Origin: Octopus vulgaris
Lineage: Eukaryota
NCBI GenBank assembly: GCA_951406725.2
Contig: OX597836.1
Span: 17,980,001-18,044,000, forward strand
Direction of reading: 5' to 3'
Length of the DNA: 64,000 nt
Part shown: piece after piece, positions 53,673 through 64,000 of the stretch
How positions within the stretch are numbered: the stretch's first letter is position 1
How the letters are laid out: every line of letters starts with the position of its first letter
The notes under the pieces: generated by a model
Told to the model about the DNA's origin: nothing
Database searches by the model: none
The model's input: only the letters and a program-made list of their open reading frames with translations
Translations under genes and position numbers: made by a program

Positions 53673-53904
53673 AAGGCGGCGAGCTGGCAGAAACGTTAGC
53701 ACGCCGGGTGAAATGCGTAGCCGTATTTCGTCTGCCGTTATGTTCTGAGTTCAAATTCCATCGAAGTCGACTTTGCCTTTCATCCTTTCGAGTTCGATAA
53801 ATTAAGTACCAGTTGCGCGCTGGGGTCGATGTAATCGACTTAATCCGTTTGTCTGTCCTTGTTTGTTCCCTCTGTGTTTAGCCCCTTGTGGGTAGTAAAG
53901 AAAT
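53673..53904 (+). mobile_element. tRNA-derived SINE family B, full length with 19-bp TSD
   Basis: TSD AGGTATGCTGCTGTCTTGT at 53654-53672 and 53905-53923; B-box gagttcaaattcc. Confidence 0.95.
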
Positions 53905-54612
53905 AGGTATGCTGCTGTCTTGTGGTGGCAGTGGATATTCATGTTTTGCCAATGTTGAGCAGCTGGTAATTATGGAGTCAGTTGTTTCTTCAAAAGTGCT
54001 GCATATTTACAGGTGCAGGAATAGCTTTGTCGTATAAAGTTAGCTTCCCGTCAGCATGCTTTCGACTGCCGTCCTTCTTTCTGGTGCCTTGGGCAAGAAT
54101 CCTTGTTGACAGCCGTTGTTGGTTTGTTTGTGCCCTCGTAACTTACGGTTTGGCAAAAAGTCATCCATAGAATAAATATCAGGTTTTAAAAAGACTGGTA
54201 TTTATTCTATAAGTATTCATTCTTACTTCAGGGTTACTCAGTCCACGTTAAAATTCGTTCAATTCTTTTGTAATTGAATATAGGTCCTCCTTGCATTAAT
54301 GACAATTTTCAGACGGGTGTCTTGTTAAGATGAGAGATAGGTGCTTAGGCCTGCCGTTGGGGGTGGGTTTGCAGGCCAGTACGACCTGTACTAAACCTCT
54401 CTCTCCGTCAGCTCTTGCGAGCAAAATTCTACCAACACCTTTTGATATTACATGATGTCACGTCTTAGTTAATGTCGGCATTTTACTCGTTTTACGATCC
54501 AGTTTCCAAATTTTACTCATTATCTAGTCTATTAGATGGAAACTCTATTTTACAACAGACATAACAAGATACACTGATGGCTTCAAATCGGTTAGATGCA
54601 TTTAGGTGTTCT

Positions 54613-54729
54613 ATAATAATAATAATGATAACAATAATGATAATAATGAGAATAATAATAACAATAATGATAATAATGAGAATAATAATAATAATAACAA
54701 TAATAATAATAATAATAATAATATCAGTA

Positions 54730-54781
<52 letters not shown>

Positions 54782-54839
54782 TAATAGTAATAATAACAAT
54801 AATAATAATAATAATAATAACAATAATAGTAATAATAAC

Positions 54840-54882
<43 letters not shown>

Positions 54883-54935
54883 TCAGTAATAGTAATAATA
54901 ACAATAATAATAATAATAGTAATAGTAATAATAAC

Positions 54936-54982
<47 letters not shown>

Positions 54983-55038
54983 TAACAATAATAATAATAG
55001 TAATGATAATAATAATAATGATAATAATAATATCAGTA

Positions 55039-55075
<37 letters not shown>

Positions 55076-55110
55076 TAATAATAATAATGATGATAATAAT
55101 AATAATAATA

Positions 55111-55164
<54 letters not shown>

Positions 55165-55190
55165 GTTGCTGTTGTTGTTGTTGTTGTTAT
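54613..55190. repeat. (AAT)n ~500 bp switching to (ATT)n/(GTT)n
   Basis: Direct reading. Confidence 0.97.
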
Positions 55191-56744
55191 TCGACTTGCA
55201 CATCTGTATCTCCTCCTTCAGGCGATTGTTTATTTTCGGCCAATAATAAATAATGATTGAATTAGACACAATGGCTAACAAAAACGAGCTCCTAATAAAT
55301 TCCAATATATATACTGCCCAATAAATCACATGGCTGAGAATTAAAGAACAATTTAAGAATGAGATTATTAATGTAGCGCAATAACTTTTACATTGATATA
55401 TGAAAAATCTGATCTGTGCTATTGTGTAAACTTCGATGCCAACACTGATGATAAAACCATTAGGACGAAGCAACGAAGACACCATGGTCGCTTGTCTGTG
55501 GCCGGTGGCCGTAGGCATGGCGTGGCTTTGTAGACTAAGACGTGCGTTTAGCAATTACAAGCGTGGGTTGCAAGTTCGAGATGATTTCAGGCAATAACCG
55601 GGTTTATTGTAAGACCAAAATCTGTACAGACACTTGAGAAGTGAGCTATTATTTTATTAATATTTTGCTGAAAGATCCTGAAATTCACAGTTATATTGCA
55701 AACTAGATATATAAATGTTTTCGGTTTAGCTTTTGATCTTTCAGATAGATTATTATACTTGATGTGCTGTAACAGACAAAAATACCCAGATTACATTCTC
55801 GAAAGACGTGAGTAGATATGACAGCGAAATTAACACTGGAGATTGAAATTATTTAGCACCATTGTCGAACAATACCTGTTCCGACATACCAACAATTCAG
55901 TTGATGACGGCCTTCATACTACTGTACAATAGAACAACCATAACGGATTTTGACTACCTCACATCAATTTTCCCCGGTGCAATCATCGTGTCACATTTTT
56001 ATTTGATCAATAAAATTTTAATAAAAACTACGAATTCTTTTAGTTTTGTTTTTACTTCCCTTGCAACAGTCTAACGCTGAAAATCATATCTGTGGTGAGA
56101 CTAAAAGACGTGATTCCACATTGTAACTTTAGCACATCGATGGAATATAATTCTGTAAATGATTCAATAAGAGTTTGGTATTTAGGTTGCCTCCATTTGA
56201 CAAAAAATCGATTATCAACGAAACTGCAAAAAACAATGCCTGAAAGTTAAAGGTTATTGAATGAATTTCACTCACGTTCATACATTCACGCATATCGTGT
56301 TTTCCAGCTTGCAAGTCGAATATTTCAAACAAAAATTTACAGCCCCAAAATGGGAGGCCGACTTATACACCAATATGACTTCAAAATATTAAAAACTCTT
56401 AGCGAAATGGCTCAGTGACGACAATTAATGTTTACGTTATATAATACGACAAATACGATATACAGAGTTATACACTTGTAAATATCCGCGCACAGGCGTG
56501 TTTATCTAACAGAGTTATATAATATGTTGATATATGTTATACTATATATAGCAAAGAAGCCTATAATGATATAATATTTATACAATAGATATGAATGCTT
56601 TTCAGGGTGTCGCTATATCAACAATAAAAAGTACACAGTATGATTAATGGGGACTGTAAAATTCTAACTTGGCTTTCTTGAATTAGCGAAATGAATAAGT
56701 GAATACTTTAAAATCGGTAACTCATAAATCATACGTAAGTTAAT

Positions 56745-56806
<62 letters not shown>

Positions 56807-56836
56807 GTGTGTGTGTGTATGTATATATATATATAT

Positions 56837-56892
<56 letters not shown>

Positions 56893-57305
56893 ATTGGTGT
56901 CCAGACTCAATGAAACCGGAATATAAGTTTACAAAACATGATAAAGAGCCTGTCGTATAAATCACGGCGTTTTGTAAGCAATTATGTTACTTCAATAAGG
57001 AGGTCATATATGTCGTTAACAAAAGTGAGTTTGAACTAAAATGAAATAAATTTTTAAAACAAATTTTTAGTAAATGAGAACCACGCTTTTCAAATATTTG
57101 AAATTTCATGTTTGCTTTCAAAAGAAAACGAAGTAATAGCTGCGGAGTGTAAATGCTTTCCTGTGAAATAAAGTGCCTTACTCCAAGACACAACGCACTG
57201 CTGGAAATCGAACGCATGATGTTTAGAAACATGAGCCGAAAACTCTAACCACTGACCCACGCACCTTCACATATATTCATAAACAGATACACGCGCGCGA
57301 ATATT

Positions 57306-57355
<50 letters not shown>

Positions 57356-57502
57356 ACCAACTGCTCTTTCTAGTGAGTCGAATGTCCTATATGGCCATTC
57401 CTTATATTGTTGAATGTATATTATATAGTCTTTGACTATTTTTTCTTTCTCACTAGACCGCTGGTAGCGGAAAATTTTTTCTAGAATTTTTTGCTACCCT
57501 TA

Positions 57503-57608
<106 letters not shown>

Positions 57609-58059
57609 TAAGTCTGCGTGCGTGTATGTGTGCGTGTATGTGTGCGTGTGTGCTTGTATGCATGTATGTACACTCGTAACGGCTTTTACCAACATTCACC
57701 CATCTACTTTCAAAATTAAGATTGTTCGCTGTCATTTTGGTATCAGGAGTTTTGCTTTGAATCACAATTGGGAGAATATAATTCCCTTCGAATTTATTGA
57801 AATTGTTTCGCTGCTTCTCGGTGGAATGATTGATAATCTTTTCTTGTTAATCATAGATTTCTCTAAAATGTATTGAGAAAAATAAAATAAAAAGTAAAAT
57901 AAAGGGTCAAGCCGGGATGTGAGAGTTCGGTCCAACGGTGTGGCACCTTCGACAAGTGTCTTCTTCTATAATCTCGGGCGGACCAAAACCTTGTGAGTGA
58001 ATTTGATATAAAGAGAAACTGAAAGAAGCCCGTCGTATATACACATAGCAATATCTATA

Positions 58060-58111
<52 letters not shown>

Positions 58112-58565
58112 ATAAAGGGTGGAATATAATTAATTTGATAAAATTAATCAATTTCACCTAGTAGATTTATCGGTATGGAAAAGACCATATTTGGTAAGGG
58201 TTATAATAATTAAAATTAAGGGTTAAAGGTATGTGGTTTTGAGCAACTTGTTGCATTTAACCCTTAATTTTAATTATATATATATATATATGCATAAATG
58301 CACACACACACACACACATGATGAAGGTCTTTAAATTAAGGTGGGGGTAAGATACGCGCAATTACAACTTATCACGTTATACCCGCTAAAATCACAATTT
58401 CTATTGTCGTATAAAATAGCTTGGAAAATCCTAGACATAGAATATGTCCTTGAAATTTCTCTGTCTCCTCCATCTCACTATCTCCTCTTTCCTTTCTCTC
58501 TTCCTTTCTCTTTCTCTTTCTTTCTCTCTTTCTTTCTCTCTTTCTTTCTCTCTTTCTTTCTCTCT

Positions 58566-58604
<39 letters not shown>

Positions 58605-58723
58605 CCTGAGTCAATATTTTTATTTATATACATGTATACATACTGCAGGGCATGTTAAATCAATTGGCATCGCTATGTATCTCTCTATTTTCATACTCTC
58701 TCTCTCTCGCTCTCTCTCTCTCT

Positions 58724-58764
<41 letters not shown>

Positions 58765-58981
58765 TCACACATACACACATATTGATTGATGGATGGATGG
58801 ATAGATAGATTAATAATAGATATACATATATATATGTATACATGTATGTTCATATATATGTGTGTATATATCTATAAAAATATATTTCTATAAAAATATA
58901 TGTAAACATAAACTTAAAAATCCATTTACTTATATACATGCATGCTTGTATAAATATGCACATATACATCCAAAGCTATAG

Positions 58982-59105
<124 letters not shown>

Positions 59106-59854
59106 CCTATTAATCAGTATATCTCTCTATCAATCTATTTACCTCTTAAATCTTATACAAATTCTCTAACGACTTCATCATTAGTAGCATTCTGATAGAT
59201 TTTTCTTTCGGATAGATCAACAAATTTAGAAAAGAAAAGTCATAGCCAAATGAAACTCATTGAGATTAAATGAATTGTAGGAGCGACTTTAAAAATAGCT
59301 CCAAGAAAAATAACAACCAGTGCAACAGAGACTATAAGGGAGATAACACTGACAGGTGAAACTTCAAATATATAATCATTAACAACGCCGACGACGACCA
59401 GGACGACAATAACGAAGACAGCTGCAGCAAAACCAAAAAAAATATAAGCAAAAAGAAACGGAATACGAAATCGAAAGAACGGGAGATAACCAGAAATATA
59501 TTATCATTAACTGTATCAACAAGAAGAAGAAAAACGGCGATGTCAGCAATAATGACAACAACAACGTTGGCGGTGACAACAGGAAAATAGCTAGAACAAT
59601 GATGAGGATGACAACAGAGGGCATGAAAATATAGCCACTAATTTACGTGAAAAGGAAACTAAAAAGGCAAACAATGTATAACAGAAAAATTGCTGTTAAA
59701 ATATAAAGAAAAGAAATTTACTGTAATACCACAGTCGACAATTGCAAAAACAGCAACGATACGAAGAATATAAGATACATAGAATAACAATGACAGCAAC
59801 AATGGACTCAAGATTATATAAGAGCAAGGAAAACGGTTGTAAGGATTGCAGTAA

Positions 59855-60105
<251 letters not shown>

Positions 60106-60699
60106 TCCTTTCTAATATAAGCACAAGATTTGAAATTTTGGAGGATGGAGAAATTCTATCACATCGACCCCACTACTTGACTGGTATTTAATATACTGAC
60201 CCCGAAGTGATGAAAGGCTAAGTCAACAAAATTTATTAAATGGCAGGTGAACTCATAGGAGTCAACGGCCATCCCAGAGACGGTATATGAGGGTAGGTGA
60301 AGACTCTCTGAGCCTTGCTTGACAAGCTACCTAGTGATGGTGTCAGGATAAAATTACTAGTGATTGCGTAGCCTTAGAAATGCTACCTCATAATGAGTGA
60401 CACCTTATTCAAGTACGTTAACAGATTTCGCGCACGTGAGTCAAGCAGTGTCTGATCAAGCTGCAGCATGACGTCATCAAACCATTGATCGGATCAAGAT
60501 CAAAGTCAAAACTCAATAATGAGAAAAGGGAAAAATAGCTAAAGAAGACTTTGATTGAATGTTGGCTGAGAATTGAGCCAAATAGAAGCGGTTTCATAAT
60601 TAAGTAAATATGAGATGAAAAGGAAGTCTTTGATCCTTCCTTCCCAGCGATTAATAGATCAGGCATGAGCAATTCGTATGAATGATTGGATTGGAATGG

Positions 60700-62110
<1,411 letters not shown>

Positions 62111-62148
62111 TGACGAATTTGAAAGACTTCGGTAAAAGCATTGCGGCA

Positions 62149-62362
62149 TATGGGTATGAAAAATTCCTGGCTTTAGGTAAAAGCAAATACAGGACGATCA
62201 GTTAATTACGATTTTATCCAACATATTCCTCTCTCAGATTCACACACTTATTGCAGCGGTCCTTCAATTTTTCTGAACCATATAAAAGAACTGGGAAGCT
62301 TGGGTCTCCAAACAGGCCTCTCTTGATCTTCTTAAAATCACGCACGTTTCAGTAACCCCTCA
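62149..62362 (-). mobile_element. Mariner-derived MITE (same family as 9069-9260)
   Basis: Minus strand CNKCVNLREEYVG*; degenerate terminal inverted repeats (tgaaaaattcctggcttt / tttcagtaacccctca). Confidence 0.65.
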
Positions 62363-62423
62363 CACAAGACACACACACACACACAAATATCTACATATAT
62401 CATACATATCATACATACATACA

Positions 62424-62471
<48 letters not shown>

Positions 62472-63060
62472 CTTGTGTTTCTCACTTTGTATCTACGTGT
62501 CTCTGTCCACAGCACATCACAATGGGTGTTGGTTAGTTTACGTCCCTATATCTTAGTAGTTCAGCAAAAAGGAATCCAACAGAATAAGTGTCAGTCATCA
62601 AAAACATAAGTAATAGCACCCAATATTAACCCCTTCAAGGACTTCTTCAAGGACGTGCCTAAGCATGGCCGCAGATCAAAGACTGGAAACGAGTTAAAAA
62701 CTATAATAAGAATAAACAATATCATATAAATAAGCGTGGAAGAAAACAAAGAGACAATCGAAAGCAATTAACAGAGTCAACAAAAAGAACAAAGAAATAA
62801 AAATGGCAACAAAAATGATAAACAATACTAAGACATAATTGAAAAGGTTGAAAAAAAATTCTCCAGCATTAATGCGAGACGAACGGCGACATCATCATCA
62901 TCATCATCATCATCAGAGGCAGCAGCAGCAGCAGCAGCAGCAGCGATAGCGCCGGTAAGAACGACAATGGCGGATACAATTAAATATGACAAACATCTCT
63001 ACTTTGTGTGCATGAGTGCGTGTGTGTATATATATATATATATGCATATGGGACGATATA

Positions 63061-63109
<49 letters not shown>

Positions 63110-63238
63110 GTATGCATATCTGTATGCATGTATATATATATATTTGATTACTTAAATAAAGTGTGAAATTACGCAAGTAAATGAAAATGTGGTCTGCAAA
63201 AAAATGGAAACAGAATTCTTGTAAAACACAGTAGACGA

Positions 63239-63292
<54 letters not shown>

Positions 63293-63367
63293 CGTGTGTG
63301 TGTGTGTGTGTTATATATATATACATATGTATGTATGTATATGTATATATATATATATATGTGTGTG

Positions 63368-63404
<37 letters not shown>

Positions 63405-63450
63405 GTATATGTACCTGCATATGTGTAAGTCTACTTATCTATCTATCCAC

Positions 63451-63543
<93 letters not shown>

Positions 63544-63544
63544 C

Positions 63545-63578
<34 letters not shown>

Positions 63579-64000
63579 TTATCTATCTATGTATCTAAAT
63601 ATATATATATATGTGTGTGTGTATGTATATTTATATGTACATGTTTACGTTTGTATGTATGTGTGTGGGGGGTGACAGTTGTTTGCCTACACGTCTTGTA
63701 ATGTAAACATTTTCAGTCCACAAGCGACGCTCTCGTTGACTCTAATTTTCGTGAAAAAAAAAAAAAAAGATGGAAGCTAAATGTGGGGAAAGCGAAAACC
63801 GAATAAACATGACATTAGAGGAGTCAAAACAAAAAAGCTAATAAACAAATAAAAGAACTAACAACAACAACAACAACAACAACACCAATAATAATAATAG
63901 TAATAATAATGACAATGATGGCAGTTGTTCATTTAAGTCGTCAATAATGTTATCAGATTTGCATAGGTGTGACCACTCGCAAAACAACAATGACGAGAGC

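Noticed and set aside
55430-55600. GC-rich island with a kringle-like RPWC peptide on the minus strand
   Set aside because: Other kringle cysteines are absent, stops flank it, and there is no convincing donor site
57690-57862. Minus-strand exon candidate after ttttag
   Set aside because: All three phases from this acceptor contain stop codons

Overview
AT-rich eukaryotic genomic DNA packed with microsatellites ((TA)n, (CA)n, (AAT)n, (CAT)n, (TATC)n, (TATG)n, (CTT)n, (TAG)n) and retroelement debris. The SINE repertoire and repeat landscape suggest an Octopus (cephalopod) genome; this is an inference from recognition, not a database result. Almost all ORFs in the supplied track are translations of simple repeats. 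Supportable content includes: three tRNA-derived SINE families in dozens of copies, some with clean target-site duplications; 5'-truncated R4/Dong-like LINE ends inside (TAA)n plus two decayed R4-like RT regions; RTE and CR1-like LINE 3' ends; Penelope-like (PLE) remnants with a GIY-YIG C-terminus, inverted arms and minimal hammerhead-ribozyme-like motifs; a structurally complete 511-bp non-autonomous Helitron nested in a PLE arm; a Helitron Rep fragment; mariner-derived MITEs; and a 154-bp TG..CA solo-LTR-like insert. A ~4.7-kb fold-back (17.3-22.0 kb) has one noisy, deletion-rich arm and is probably an assembly/read artefact. No complete host gene is visible, only candidate exons, the best resembling the end of a C-type lectin domain (minus strand, 48.3 kb). 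I see no firm evidence for a wholly new system. The strongest leads are the hammerhead-like motifs and the candidate micro-exon clusters.
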